A DNA stretch of 64,000 bases. Origin: an uncultured Gammaproteobacteria bacterium. Its GTDB lineage: Bacteria; Patescibacteriota; Patescibacteriia; Magasanikbacterales; UBA922. Every line of letters begins with the position of its first letter. Positions within the stretch are counted from its first letter, which is position 1. A model generated the notes under the pieces. The model saw only the letters and a program-made list of their open reading frames with translations. It searched no databases and was not told the origin of the DNA. Shown here in pieces: positions 27,956-38,611 of the stretch. The stretch is taken from assembly GCA_964394405.1 (NCBI GenBank), contig CAYMVY010000002.1:64092-128091 (forward strand). Reading direction: 5' to 3'. The position numbers and the translations under genes were made by a program.

Positions 27956-28875
27956 TATAGAAATTTTTGTTTATCAAGTGTGATCCAATATCCTGCAAGA
28001 CAAGCGTTTACATCGAGCGATTGCTTTCCTTCAAATTGAATTTTTTCAATTTTGATTGAACCATCTCTCGTTCCTACGAGTATCGTATTTTCTTCACATC
28101 GTATATATCCTGGGTCTAATTTTTCGTGTGCAGGTTTAATTTCAAGCAGCTTTACTCGTTCTCCGTTAAGAGTTGTCCAGATTCCTGGCCAGGGTGTGGT
28201 ACCGCGATACAGATTATATATTTCTTCAGTAGTTTTATTCCAATCAATTTTTCCGTCATCACGTGAAAGTTTTTTGCACAGTGTTACTTTTGATTCATCT
28301 TGTTTTTGTGGAATAATTTTTCCTTCAATATATTCGAGTACGGTTTTCAACAGAAGCGTTGATCCTATTTTCGCAAGTCGTGTATCAAGCTCGGGGTATG
28401 TTTCATCTGAGCTGATTGTAATTTTTTCTTGTGACAAAATATCTCCAGTATCCATTCCAGCGTCCATGATCATAATTGTAACGCCAGTTTCTGTTTCACC
28501 ATTAATAAGAGCTGTTTGAATGGGTGATGCACCACGATACTTTGGCAGGAGCGAGGTATGTACATTTATAAATCCATGCTTTGTTTCAGTAAACAAATGA
28601 GATGGAATAAGTAGACCATATTGCGCGGTGACTGCAACGTCAAACGTATCCTTTTCAAGATGAAAGTCTTTGAGTGTTTCTGGCTGTTCTATTTTTATAC
28701 CCAATTTTTCAGCTGCGAGTTTTACTGGAGAGGAGGTAAGGATTTGTTTTCTTCCCACTGGTTTATCAGGCTGGGTTATGACTAGATCAACTGAAAAACG
28801 ATCATCTGTAGTAAGTGATTCGAGGATGGTCACTCCAAATTCATGAGTTCCGAAGAATGCAATTTTGATTTTCAT
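27955..28875 (-). CDS. fmt: methionyl-tRNA formyltransferase
   Basis: N-terminal formyltransferase domain with HTSLLPKYRGASP, C-terminal Fmt domain. Confidence 0.9.
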   Translation of the reverse strand: MKIKIAFFGTHEFGVTILESLTTDDRFSVDLVITQPDKPVGRKQILTSSPVKLAAEKLGIKIEQPETLKDFHLEKDTFDVAVTAQYGLLIPSHLFTETKHGFINVHTSLLPKYRGASPIQTALINGETETGVTIMIMDAGMDTGDILSQEKITISSDETYPELDTRLAKIGSTLLLKTVLEYIEGKIIPQKQDESKVTLCKKLSRDDGKIDWNKTTEEIYNLYRGTTPWPGIWTTLNGERVKLLEIKPAHEKLDPGYIRCEENTILVGTRDGSIKIEKIQFEGKQSLDVNACLAGYWITLDKQKFL

Positions 28876-28958
28876 AATGAGTGAATATTATCTTATTTTA
28901 GCTTTTTTTTCAAGCTAGGGATGACAGTGTTGTTTATTTTTGCTATAGTACTGTAACT

Positions 28959-30170
28959 ATGCGATGGAAGATACTTCTTATTTTTTTTGTCTTGATTGTC
29001 GGGGTTTTTTTTGTTTTTCGCCCTCGTTTTTCTATTTTGGGTCAAAAGATTGAAGCTCCTGCGGAAGAGTCAACAGCTACAGAAGTGGTAGAGACTCATG
29101 TCCCACAATTTATATTTGAGACGCATGTGGTTGAAGAGGGGGAGACTTTTAGCATTGCGACAGATAAATTGGGTATTTCGTATACTGAGATGCTTGATAT
29201 TCTTGAACACTCTTCCTCGACATATGATTTTACTCGAATCAAAGTCGGACAACCTCTTATTCTTGCAAAAAATGCAGACGGAACACGTAATTATCTGGAC
29301 TACGAACGAAATCGCGAATCAATCGTTCGTTTTTATTTTGCAGAAAACAGAGCAGAAATTATTCCGATTGAATATGAAGTTGAAGAAGTGGTGGTGCAGG
29401 GAGTCGTCTCTTCATCGATGTATCTTGACGCGCTCGCACTTGGAATTCCTGACGCAGTCATTATGCAATTTGCAGATACGTTCGCCTGGACGATTGATTT
29501 TTCTACACAAGTTCAGTATGGAGATACTTTTTCAATTATTTATGAGAAACGAAAACGCAATGGGGCAGATGCTGGTACTGGATTGGTGCGTGCAGGAAAG
29601 TTTGTAAATAGTGGAAATGAATTATACGGATTCTTGTACGAACAGGAAGAAGGGAAACCTTCATATTTCAATGAAAAGGGTGAGTCTATGGTTAAGGCAT
29701 TTTTGCGCGCCCCTCTGGAGTATAAACGTATAACTTCTGGCTACACCACGGCTCGATTCCATCCCATATTGGGCAGAAACACAACACATCTTGCAATTGA
29801 CTATGCAGCGGCAATTGGTACGCCGATTATGGCAGTGGGTGATGGTACGGTAACATTTGCTGGATGGAATAGTGGGGGATTTGGTAATTTTGTAACTATC
29901 AAACATAACGATACATTTATTACTGAATATGCTCATTTATCCGGATTTGCAAAAGGGATTAAATCAGGGGTTCGTGTAGTGCAGGGACAGGTAATTGGGT
30001 ACGTTGGTTCGACGGGGTTATCAACTGGCCCTCATTTGCATTATCAAATTAGGCAGAATGGAACATTGGTCAATCCACTTAAGGTTGAGTTTCCTCCGGG
30101 GGATCCGATTAGCGATGAGCATCGAGGTGGATTTGAAGGTGAGGTTTTGAAGTATAAAGATAGACTTTAA
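28959..30170 (+). CDS. M23 family metallopeptidase with N-terminal TM and LysM/OapA-like domain
   Basis: HxxxD...GPHLHYQ M23 motifs. Confidence 0.85.
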   Translation: MRWKILLIFFVLIVGVFFVFRPRFSILGQKIEAPAEESTATEVVETHVPQFIFETHVVEEGETFSIATDKLGISYTEMLDILEHSSSTYDFTRIKVGQPLILAKNADGTRNYLDYERNRESIVRFYFAENRAEIIPIEYEVEEVVVQGVVSSSMYLDALALGIPDAVIMQFADTFAWTIDFSTQVQYGDTFSIIYEKRKRNGADAGTGLVRAGKFVNSGNELYGFLYEQEEGKPSYFNEKGESMVKAFLRAPLEYKRITSGYTTARFHPILGRNTTHLAIDYAAAIGTPIMAVGDGTVTFAGWNSGGFGNFVTIKHNDTFITEYAHLSGFAKGIKSGVRVVQGQVIGYVGSTGLSTGPHLHYQIRQNGTLVNPLKVEFPPGDPISDEHRGGFEGEVLKYKDRL

Positions 30171-30313
30171 TTATCTATAATTCAAATCTTGAATTTTTCA
30201 AAAATTCCAAGACAAAGATTTTAGTTTTTAGTTCCAGTTTTAAGCTTTGAGATTTACGTTTTGAGTTTGGTGTGCTACACTATTCTCCACTTAACTAAAT
30301 CAATTGTAAAACT

Positions 30314-30667
30314 ATGGAACAGGACATGCAGTCAATTTTCAATCGCATTCAGGAAACCAGGAAAAAGATGAAAGATATCAAGGCAATGTTTAGGGACGCC
30401 CTTGATGGGAACGGTGAATATCAAGAATTGATGGATAAGATGAAAACACTCCGTGAAAATAAAAAGCGTGTTGAGACTGCAATCAAAGAGGGGTTTTCCA
30501 GCGAAATGCAAAAACTGGATGATTTGAAAATCGACATTGAATCGGATATGGAGATGTTGAATGATATGGCGCTGACGAAGATGATGAAAGGTGAAACATT
30601 TGAATTATCTGATGAGTACAAGAATAATTACGAGCCAATTTTTTCAGTCAAATTTAAAAAACAGTAA
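30314..30667 (+). CDS. hypothetical coiled-coil protein
   Basis: ORF only. Confidence 0.45.
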   Translation: MEQDMQSIFNRIQETRKKMKDIKAMFRDALDGNGEYQELMDKMKTLRENKKRVETAIKEGFSSEMQKLDDLKIDIESDMEMLNDMALTKMMKGETFELSDEYKNNYEPIFSVKFKKQ

Positions 30668-30672
30668 ACTGT

Positions 30673-31254
30673 ATGTCTCGAGAAGTTATATTTGATATTG
30701 AGACAGTTGGTGATATCAAGGATTACAATACGATGAAAGTGACGGTGGTGTCGGTATATGAGTATGAGAGCGATTCGTATCGATCATTTGACGAGCATGA
30801 GCTTGGTAGCCTCTGGCCTATTTTAGAAAAAGCAGAACGGCTGATCGGATTTAATAGTGAATCATTCGATATTCCAATTTTGGCAAAATATTACAGTGGA
30901 GATTTAAAACGGATCGAACACCTCGACTTACTCAAAGTGGTAAAAGAATCTACGGGTAGACGATACAAATTGAATGATCTTGCGAAAGCCACACTCCAGA
31001 TTGAGAAGAGTGCGGATGGACTCCAGGCAATGGAGTGGTATAAGGAAGGAAAAATTGATTTGATCAAGAAATATTGCGAACAGGATGTGAAAGTGACCAA
31101 AGAGATTTATGATTTTGGTCGGAAGAATAAAATGTTGTATTTTCCAACGCTAACCGGGGAGATACAACCGTTTCCCGTAAACTTCGAACCAAAACCTAAG
31201 GCGACGGTGCAACAGGGTGTACAAGGTGGGGTAAATTTGACGTTACCGTTTTAA
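30673..31254 (+). CDS. RNase H-like/DnaQ-like 3'-5' exonuclease domain protein (YprB/PF13482-like)
   Basis: VIFDIETVG and GFNSESFDIPIL motifs. Confidence 0.6.
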   Translation: MSREVIFDIETVGDIKDYNTMKVTVVSVYEYESDSYRSFDEHELGSLWPILEKAERLIGFNSESFDIPILAKYYSGDLKRIEHLDLLKVVKESTGRRYKLNDLAKATLQIEKSADGLQAMEWYKEGKIDLIKKYCEQDVKVTKEIYDFGRKNKMLYFPTLTGEIQPFPVNFEPKPKATVQQGVQGGVNLTLPF

Positions 31255-31304
31255 AAAATCACTCGGCCTACAAAACTTTCTTAGCGGTTTTTTCAGGTAA
31301 ACTT

Positions 31305-31337
31305 AAAACCCATTACATTAAGTATTTTGGGTTTTTT
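31305..31337 (+). terminator. terminator aaaaccca-loop-tgggtttttt
   Basis: Seen directly. Confidence 0.5.
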
Positions 31338-31364
31338 AGGTTACTTGACAGTATGTTGCATTTT
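31335..31364 (+). promoter_or_regulatory. consensus-like promoter TTGACA-N17/18-TATCAT driving GC-rich small ORF
   Basis: Read directly. Confidence 0.45.
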
Positions 31365-31414
31365 TTTTATCATAAATTGAAACCTGTGCGTGTTTCCGAG
31401 GTGAGGGAGTCTAT

Positions 31415-31750
31415 ATGCCTGCGTACTTGATTACTACGGATGGGGTGAGGCTGTGTCCTCGGGATGGACTCAAGGGTATTCTCGATGAGAAGAGTACCTG
31501 TCCTACATTTGCGGTCTATTGGACCGCTCGTGAGTACGTGAGCCAGCTTCTGGTGGTCGGACAGTTTCCGACCTATGAAGCACTGTGCCACAAGGCTCGT
31601 TGGTCATTCGTCGCTCCTGCGCTTCCTCCTCACTTCGAACGATTCGACGGAGTGTGGAAGCTCACCGATGAGGGGCGGTGGGAGTGGGTTGCAGGAATGG
31701 TTGGGGTGATGCCTGATGCTGTTGCAGACGCGCTCTGTCTCAACAGGTAA
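31415..31750 (+). CDS. hypothetical 111-aa protein in GC-rich island (GAGGGAG Shine-Dalgarno)
   Basis: Promoter, Shine-Dalgarno, ORF and hairpin (ccggtcgc-ctaacac-gcgaccgg) cassette; no homology recognised. Confidence 0.4.
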   Translation: MPAYLITTDGVRLCPRDGLKGILDEKSTCPTFAVYWTAREYVSQLLVVGQFPTYEALCHKARWSFVAPALPPHFERFDGVWKLTDEGRWEWVAGMVGVMPDAVADALCLNR

Positions 31751-31820
31751 CACTACCTCCAACTCAACCTCTGGACCAATGTCCGGTCGCCTAACACGCG
31801 ACCGGATTGTTCTCAATAAT

Positions 31821-32504
31821 TTAAAAAATTTCAAAGTGTATTTTTTGCATTTCAGTTCCTCCTGTGATAAGCATTGCACGAACATCTTTTACCATTTCAG
31901 CACTTCCGCAGATGAATGCTCTCAGATTTGAAGTATCTTTTGGTATATGTTCGGTCACTCGACCGCGCAGTCTTGTCCACAAATCCTCAGGTCTAGAGAC
32001 TGTAAGTAAATAAGAAAAATTTGGGTATTCTTTTTGTAACTCATCAAGTCGATCTGTCCAGAAAATACTTTTTTCGTAGCGTACACCGAAGATAAGTTGA
32101 ATTTTTTGTTGATTCTTTTTGTTTTTTAGTTCATCTGTCAGTATCGACATGATAGGTCCTAGTCCTGCGCCAGTCGCAATAAAATATATATTTTCCGCAT
32201 TTGTATCGAGTACAAATCTTCCTGCGGGTTTTTTGAAAATAATTTGATCTCCGACTTGTTTACTTCGAAAATAATTTGATCCGACTCCATCTGGAAGAAG
32301 CTTCACGCATAGTTCAATATAGTTGTCAGCTGGAGTAGAGGAGATCGAGTATGATCTGAATACTTCTTTATCATCTTTGGGTATCACAATCTGGACAAAT
32401 TGCCCTGCAATGAAATTTAGATTATTTGGCTTAGTAAAGCGAATTTCAAGCATCTCATCTGCAATCTCCCTCTTTTCAATCACGACACCGGTAAATATGT
32501 CCAT
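31821..32504 (-). CDS. ferredoxin-NADP reductase-like FAD/NAD(P)-binding oxidoreductase
   Basis: RSYSISS FAD motif, GxGxxP NAD motif; start set at MDIFTGVV (ORF call extended to 32576, overlapping divergent Rrf2 gene). Confidence 0.75.
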   Translation of the reverse strand: MDIFTGVVIEKREIADEMLEIRFTKPNNLNFIAGQFVQIVIPKDDKEVFRSYSISSTPADNYIELCVKLLPDGVGSNYFRSKQVGDQIIFKKPAGRFVLDTNAENIYFIATGAGLGPIMSILTDELKNKKNQQKIQLIFGVRYEKSIFWTDRLDELQKEYPNFSYLLTVSRPEDLWTRLRGRVTEHIPKDTSNLRAFICGSAEMVKDVRAMLITGGTEMQKIHFEIF

Positions 32505-32559
32505 ACGGTTGACTATTAATAAGAATTCCTTTATCATACCATAAAAGTATGATTTCACT

Positions 32560-32946
32560 ATGCTCTCAATAAGCAAACAAACTGATTACGCGGTAGAGCT
32601 TATTCTTGCGCTCTCAAAACTTAAGGAAGATCATGTCCTTAGTCTTAAGGTATTCGCTAGACAGAGTAACATATCATTTTTGTTTTTGCAACGGATTGCC
32701 AGGCAATTAAGAAAGGCGAATCTTATTGAAGCTGTGCGTGGAATCAATGGGGGATATCGATTACTCAAACCAGCATCGACTATTTCATTTCGACAAGTGA
32801 TTGAGGCCGTGCAAGGGCCGTTTGCAGTACTTGCGTGTACCAAGAAAGAAGAATGTGGGCTTGAAGCTATGTGTACTGCAAAACATGGACTTCGTTCAGT
32901 CGAAGCTGAGATTGCTCAATTGCTCGATTCTCGCTTTGTGGTTTAG
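32560..32946 (+). CDS. Rrf2-family transcriptional regulator (IscR-like, Cys ligands C-x-C-x5-C present)
   Basis: HTH and Cys cluster typical of IscR/Rrf2. Confidence 0.85.
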   Translation: MLSISKQTDYAVELILALSKLKEDHVLSLKVFARQSNISFLFLQRIARQLRKANLIEAVRGINGGYRLLKPASTISFRQVIEAVQGPFAVLACTKKEECGLEAMCTAKHGLRSVEAEIAQLLDSRFVV

Positions 32947-32951
32947 TCTGT

Positions 32952-33011
32952 AATAGAATGGAACACGGATGACGCGGATTGAACGGATTTTCACGGATTA
33001 AATACGGATAC
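32952..33011. repeat. array of five CGGAT units at 9-11 bp spacing (half-copy of the ACGGAT palindromic element family)
   Basis: Seen directly between Rrf2 gene and nifS-like gene. Confidence 0.6.
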
Positions 33012-33066
33012 ATTTGATATTTTATTTGAAATTTGAACTTGGAACTTTGAACTTTTATCTAATAAT

Positions 33067-34248
33067 ATGTTTGGAAATAAAAATACAATTTATCTTGACT
33101 ATGCTGCAGCAACTCCTGTGGATGCGCAGATTGTTGATGCAATGAAACCTTATTTTTCTGAATTATATACGAATCCGTCGTCACTGTATGAATCTTCACG
33201 GAAACTCGCGGAGAAATATAGTGTGTGTAGAAAAAGTGTTGCTGATTTTTTTCATACCACACCTGACACTATTACATATGTGAGTGGAGGGAGTGAATCC
33301 ATTACCAGTGCGATTATGGGGATCGCTCGGACACATGTACTCAAGGGGAGGCATATCATTACCACACAGATTGAGCATAGCGCAGTACTCGAACCACTTC
33401 ATGCGCTTGAACGATATGGATTTGAAGTCACCTATGTGCCGGTTGACGAGTTTGGGTTTGTTTCAGTACAAGATGTGGTGAAAGCAATTCGCAAAGATAC
33501 GATTCTGATTTCCATCATGCACGCGAATAATGAGATTGGATCGATTCAGCCAATTGAAGAAATTGGTCGGGAAATTTTGAAATATAGAAAAAAAGAAAAT
33601 ACTATCTTTCCACTCTTTCATGTTGATGCGTGCCAAAGTGTTCTGTATCTCGAATCTTCAGTTGAAAAATTGCACGTGGATGCATTGTCGTGCAATGGCG
33701 GGAAAATATATGGACCGAAATCTTCGGGAATTCTCTATGTGCGACGAGGAGTTGAGTTTGACCCGACGATTCTTGGTGGAGGGCAACAGAACGGTAGGCG
33801 CAGTGGAACGATTGATATGGCTATGGTTGTGGGTATTACTGAAGCGATCAAATCAATTCCCGAGAATTCTGAGTATGAAAGAATTAAGATGCTTCGTGAT
33901 CGATTGTGGAATGGGATTAGGGAAAGTATCGATGACGTAGTTTTAAATGGTCCTGAAATTAGCGATGAAAAAAGATTGCCGAATAATCTCAATGTTTCGT
34001 TTATTGGAGCTCCTGGTGAAGCATTAGTTTTGTATCTGGATGCACAGGGGATTTGTGTGAGTACTGGCTCTGCATGCGCTGAGGATTCTCGATCTGGATC
34101 GCATGTTTTGGAAGCATGTGGATATGATAATGGGAGAAAAAATAGCGCGGTTCGCTTTACGCTTGGAAAAAATACTACTGAGAAAGAGATTGAACAGGTG
34201 ATTGATGTGTTGCCTGGTATCGTTGGAAAGGTTCGTTCTATGCAGTAA
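33067..34248 (+). CDS. cysteine desulfurase, class I (IscS/NifS-like)
   Basis: PLP Lys region and SSGSAC-type C-terminal loop (VSTGSACAE). Confidence 0.85.
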   Translation: MFGNKNTIYLDYAAATPVDAQIVDAMKPYFSELYTNPSSLYESSRKLAEKYSVCRKSVADFFHTTPDTITYVSGGSESITSAIMGIARTHVLKGRHIITTQIEHSAVLEPLHALERYGFEVTYVPVDEFGFVSVQDVVKAIRKDTILISIMHANNEIGSIQPIEEIGREILKYRKKENTIFPLFHVDACQSVLYLESSVEKLHVDALSCNGGKIYGPKSSGILYVRRGVEFDPTILGGGQQNGRRSGTIDMAMVVGITEAIKSIPENSEYERIKMLRDRLWNGIRESIDDVVLNGPEISDEKRLPNNLNVSFIGAPGEALVLYLDAQGICVSTGSACAEDSRSGSHVLEACGYDNGRKNSAVRFTLGKNTTEKEIEQVIDVLPGIVGKVRSMQ

Positions 34249-34252
34249 TAAA

Positions 34253-34337
34253 ATAGAACGCGGATGACACGGATAAACACGGGTCAACGCGGATTCAACC
34301 CGTGACAATCCGTTAAACCCGTGTTGTCAGCGTTCTA
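34253..34337. repeat. palindromic ACGGAT-repeat element (atagaacgcgg...cagcgttctat)
   Basis: 85-bp imperfect palindrome, intercistronic nifS-sufB. Confidence 0.7.
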
Positions 34338-34345
34338 TAAAATTT

Positions 34346-35755
34346 ATGTCAAATAAACCACAACCACATTTTACGATTGATCGTACACTCTACGACTCGG
34401 CAAATATTGACCGGTCTGTTTTTAAGACTGCGCCAGGACTCAGTGAAAATATTATTCGTGAAATTTCAGAGCAGAAAAAAGAACCGAGTTGGATGCTTGA
34501 GAAACGGCTCAAGGCATTTGAGTTTTTCAAACAGACAACAGTCCCTACCTGGGGACCTGATTTATCCAAGCTCAATCTTGATGAGATTATTTATTTTGTC
34601 CGTCCTGACACTGGCGAATCTACGAGCTGGGATACTGTACCAGATGATATCAAGAAAACATTTGAAAAATTGGGGATTCCAGAGGCTGAACGAACCGCAC
34701 TTGGTGGAGCAGGGGCACAGTATGATAGTAATGTGGTGTATCACAAGATCAAGGATGATTTGAAAGCCAAGGGTGTGATTTTTGAAAATATGGATGTGGC
34801 AGTACAACAGTATCCTGATCTAGTGAAGGAATATTTCATGACACAATGTATTCCGATCAATGACCACAAATTTATCATGCTTCATGCGGCTGTGTGGAGC
34901 GGAGGAACTTTTATTTATGTGCCAAAAAATGTCAAAGTTGATTTACCATTGCAAGCATACTTCCGCATGAACGCAGAAAAAGGTGGGCAATTCGAGCACA
35001 CGCTCATCATTGTTGACGAGGGAGCTGAGCTTCACTATATCGAAGGATGCTCGGCTCCTCGATATAATGCTAATTCACTTCATGCAGGTGGAGTAGAGAT
35101 ATTCGTAAAAAAAGGTGGGCGATGCAGATATTCATCAATCGAAAATTGGTCAAAGAATACGTATAACTTAAATACGAAGCGAGCTCTTGTGGATGAAGAG
35201 GCTGTGATCGAATGGGTGAATGGAAATATGGGATCAGGAACGACGATGCTCTATCCATCTTCGGTTCTTCGTGGGCGTGGAGCACGATCAGACAGTCTTG
35301 GAGTTGCATTTGCTGGTCCAGGACAGAATCAGGACACGGGTGCCAAAGCGATCCATGTGGCGCCAGATACCAAGTCAACAATCAAAGCAAAATCAATTTC
35401 AGTAAACGGTGGTGTTACGACGTATCGAGGGCAGGTAAAAGTTACCAAGGGTGCTGAACGATCAAAAGTATCTGTAGAATGTGATGCGCTTCTGATTGGG
35501 GACGATGCAATTTCAAACACTTATCCATACATGAAGATTAATAATAGTACGACTGATATTGCGCATGAAGCGCGAGTTGGAAAAATAGGGGATGATGAGA
35601 TATTTTATCTCCAGTCGCGTGGACTCTCAGCAGAATCTGCAATGAACCTCGTAGTAGCAGGATTTATTGAACCAATTGTAAAATCACTTCCGCTTGAATA
35701 TGCGCTTGAGCTTAATAAACTTATTGAGCTTGAGATGGAAGGAAGTGTCGGGTAA
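34346..35755 (+). CDS. sufB: Fe-S cluster assembly protein SufB
   Basis: Characteristic SufB C-terminal beta-helix region and size. Confidence 0.9.
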   Translation: MSNKPQPHFTIDRTLYDSANIDRSVFKTAPGLSENIIREISEQKKEPSWMLEKRLKAFEFFKQTTVPTWGPDLSKLNLDEIIYFVRPDTGESTSWDTVPDDIKKTFEKLGIPEAERTALGGAGAQYDSNVVYHKIKDDLKAKGVIFENMDVAVQQYPDLVKEYFMTQCIPINDHKFIMLHAAVWSGGTFIYVPKNVKVDLPLQAYFRMNAEKGGQFEHTLIIVDEGAELHYIEGCSAPRYNANSLHAGGVEIFVKKGGRCRYSSIENWSKNTYNLNTKRALVDEEAVIEWVNGNMGSGTTMLYPSSVLRGRGARSDSLGVAFAGPGQNQDTGAKAIHVAPDTKSTIKAKSISVNGGVTTYRGQVKVTKGAERSKVSVECDALLIGDDAISNTYPYMKINNSTTDIAHEARVGKIGDDEIFYLQSRGLSAESAMNLVVAGFIEPIVKSLPLEYALELNKLIELEMEGSVG

Positions 35756-35758
35756 GCA

Positions 35759-36260
35759 TATGAATAAAGACTTATCACACTATAAACGAATTTTGATTGT
35801 CGGAGATGCTGGACGAGGTAAAAGTACTCTGGCAAAGAAATTATCTGAACGTCTGAATATTCCGTGGTATGCGACTGATGATTTTCATTGGAAAGAAAAA
35901 TTTACGACTCTTGCTGATCGTGACGAAAGTATTGAAAAAATACAAAAGATTTATGAGCTCGATGAGTGGATCTTAGAGGGACCTACTGTGCGACTAGTCA
36001 AAGAAGGATTTGAGCGGGCTGAGATAATTTATTATCTGCGTTTTACCAACATTTTTAGTCAGTGGTTTATGCTTTTGAAAAGACACGGTGGTCGTAAAAA
36101 TGAAAGCATACCCCAATTACTCCACCTTCTTAGACATGTGTTTTATAAGCGATTTAGAGTAGGCTACAAGAAACATGACGAGACATTGGACGAAGCAATA
36201 CAGCCGTTTCACTCAAAAGTTTTAGTGTTAACGAGTTTTAAAGAAATTGATGCATTATGA
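35759..36260 (+). CDS. P-loop NMP-kinase-like protein (topology modulation/AAA-kinase family) inserted between sufB and sufD
   Basis: ILIVGDAGRGKSTLAKKL Walker A; start at ATG 35759. Confidence 0.6.
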
Positions 36261-37309
36261 AATCTACTCCCTATACAATCCATTATGGTATAGGAATGCT
36301 CATGAATTTTGAGCCACTGGCTTATGATACGCTCAAATTCGAAGCATCATTGAGCGTGGTTTCACTTTCTGATTCTGAAGTTTGTGATAAGAATACGCTT
36401 CAATCGATTTTAGAAAAAAATGAAAAGTTAAATTCTGTTGTGGGTAAACATTTGGGTGGCTTTCATTTGTTTAACATTGTACATACTCAACCCACTGACG
36501 AATTTTATTTTAGAATAAAAAAACAGGATATAGTAACTACTCACGCGTTGAATATTTCTGTATCAAATCCTACTCGAGTGAAAGTAATTGTAGAAGTAGA
36601 AGCTGGTGCACAAGTAATTATTGTAGAAAATTTTCAAGGCGAAGCGTATGTGGGGTATGAGCTTACTATTATTGCAGGCGAAGGATCAAAAGTTGATTTT
36701 ATTTCAGCTATCAAAGAACCTGGAATGCGAACGATACTCCGAAATGCATTTATGGGAAAAGATTCTAGTATTGTCTGGCATGAGGCCGTGATTGAAGGAA
36801 AATTAATTCAATCTCATACGAGAACATATCTATATGAATCTGGAGCGAGAGCTGAGGTGAAAGATATTTTTGTATTGTCATCTGATACAGTTCTTGATAT
36901 GTATCACTCAATGTATCATCTGGCGTCACACACAACTTCTGACATGCTTACTAAAGGAGTGTTAAGCGATAAATCGCGTGCATTGTATCAGGGGCTTATT
37001 CATATTGATGAGAAAGCTGTTGGTTGTACCGGGTACCAGAAAGAAGATAGTTTGATTCTCTCAAACAGTGCAGAGGTCAATGCGGTTCCTAATCTTGAGA
37101 TTGAGAATAGTGATGTGAAATGTTCGCATGGAGTGACTACTGCGCATATTGATAAGGAAAAACTATTTTATGCAGAGAGTAGGGGAATTGATACGCCAAC
37201 CGCGATAGACTTGTTTGTTGATGGACACCTCGCGCCGTGTCTCGGTACACTACCAGACAATATAAAATTAACAATCCAAGATAGAATAAGAAATAATTTA
37301 AGAAAATAG
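36257..37309 (+). CDS. sufD: Fe-S cluster assembly protein SufD
   Basis: SufB/D family C-terminal domain. Confidence 0.85.
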   Translation: MKSTPYTIHYGIGMLMNFEPLAYDTLKFEASLSVVSLSDSEVCDKNTLQSILEKNEKLNSVVGKHLGGFHLFNIVHTQPTDEFYFRIKKQDIVTTHALNISVSNPTRVKVIVEVEAGAQVIIVENFQGEAYVGYELTIIAGEGSKVDFISAIKEPGMRTILRNAFMGKDSSIVWHEAVIEGKLIQSHTRTYLYESGARAEVKDIFVLSSDTVLDMYHSMYHLASHTTSDMLTKGVLSDKSRALYQGLIHIDEKAVGCTGYQKEDSLILSNSAEVNAVPNLEIENSDVKCSHGVTTAHIDKEKLFYAESRGIDTPTAIDLFVDGHLAPCLGTLPDNIKLTIQDRIRNNLRK

Positions 37310-37398
37310 AACGCGGGTTTAACGGATAACACGGGTTGTCACGGGTAAATTCAAAAAAATCCGTGTGAACCCGTAAATCCGTGTTATCCGCGTTCCAT
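37306..37398. repeat. palindromic ACGGAT-repeat element
   Basis: Intercistronic sufD-sufS; generates spurious MLSAFH... N-terminal extension in ORF call. Confidence 0.7.
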
Positions 37399-37410
37399 TC
37401 TTCCATCAAT

Positions 37411-38610
37411 ATGAACCAAAAAATACGAGAACAATTTATACTTCTCAAAAACCGTCCGGAGTACGCGTATCTTGATAGTGGCGCCACTTCACTTACTCCT
37501 GATTCAGTTACTAAAGTTGTTGACGAATATTACAATTCTTATCGCGCGAATATTCATCGAGGTATGTACCCAGATAGTGAGCGCGCAAGCAAAGCGTATG
37601 AAGACGTGCGTGGAATCGCTGCGAATTTCTTTGGCTGTAACACAAATGAAATATTTTTTACCTTCGGTGCAACGCATGGGCTCAATATGATTGCGTATGG
37701 ACTTGAGCATATATTAAAAAAAGATGATGTTATTCTGCTTTCAGAATTGGAACATCACGCAAATCTCGTTCCATGGCAACAGGTTGCCAAGCGTACGGGT
37801 GCGATACTTCGTTTTATTCCGATTAATAAAGAAACTTTTGAATTAGATCATGATCTAAAAAAATATTTTGACAACAAAGTAAAAATTGTAAGTATCGCAC
37901 ATGTTTCAAATACATTAGGGACTATTCAACCAATTATCCAATTATCTCAATGGGCACATTCGGTTGGTGCGCTCATGATTGTGGATTCGTCACAGTCAGT
38001 CGCGCATGTACCGAGTAACGTTTCAGAATTAGGATGCGATTTTCTGGTATGCTCAGGACACAAGATGTATGCGCCCACCGGAACTGGAATTGTGTATGGA
38101 AATAGCAAGGCTCTAGAATTGCTTAGTCCTAGTATGTTTGGTGGGGATATGATTGATATGGTTGAATTGACTGAGAGTACCTGGGCAGACATTCCACATC
38201 GGTTTGAAGCAGGAACACCAAATATTGGAGGAATTATCGGACTTGGCGAAGCAATTAAATTTATTGAGTCAATTGGGTGGAATAATATTCAAGCACATGA
38301 ACAGAAAATGACTGAGAAGTTGATAGCTGTTATTTCTAAGTATGCGCGTATTATTGGTCCCAGTACTGTTACCAATCGGACTGGAGTGGTTTCGTTTGTT
38401 ATGGATAAGGTACACCCGCATGATATTGCAGGGTTCCTCGGTGAGCGGGTAGTCGCTATACGGGCAGGGCATCATTGTGCAATGCCACTTATGCGTGCAC
38501 TCAATCTGATGCAGGGGACTGCACGGGCAACAGTCGGTGTCTACACTACAGAGGAAGATATCGCACAGCTTGATTCTACATTGAAAGAATTACACACTAC
38601 TTTTGGTTAA
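37411..38610 (+). CDS. sufS: cysteine desulfurase SufS (class II)
   Basis: Aminotransferase class V, RAGHHCA C-terminal motif; start set at MNQKIREQF. Confidence 0.85.
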   Translation: MNQKIREQFILLKNRPEYAYLDSGATSLTPDSVTKVVDEYYNSYRANIHRGMYPDSERASKAYEDVRGIAANFFGCNTNEIFFTFGATHGLNMIAYGLEHILKKDDVILLSELEHHANLVPWQQVAKRTGAILRFIPINKETFELDHDLKKYFDNKVKIVSIAHVSNTLGTIQPIIQLSQWAHSVGALMIVDSSQSVAHVPSNVSELGCDFLVCSGHKMYAPTGTGIVYGNSKALELLSPSMFGGDMIDMVELTESTWADIPHRFEAGTPNIGGIIGLGEAIKFIESIGWNNIQAHEQKMTEKLIAVISKYARIIGPSTVTNRTGVVSFVMDKVHPHDIAGFLGERVVAIRAGHHCAMPLMRALNLMQGTARATVGVYTTEEDIAQLDSTLKELHTTFG

Positions 38611-38611
38611 T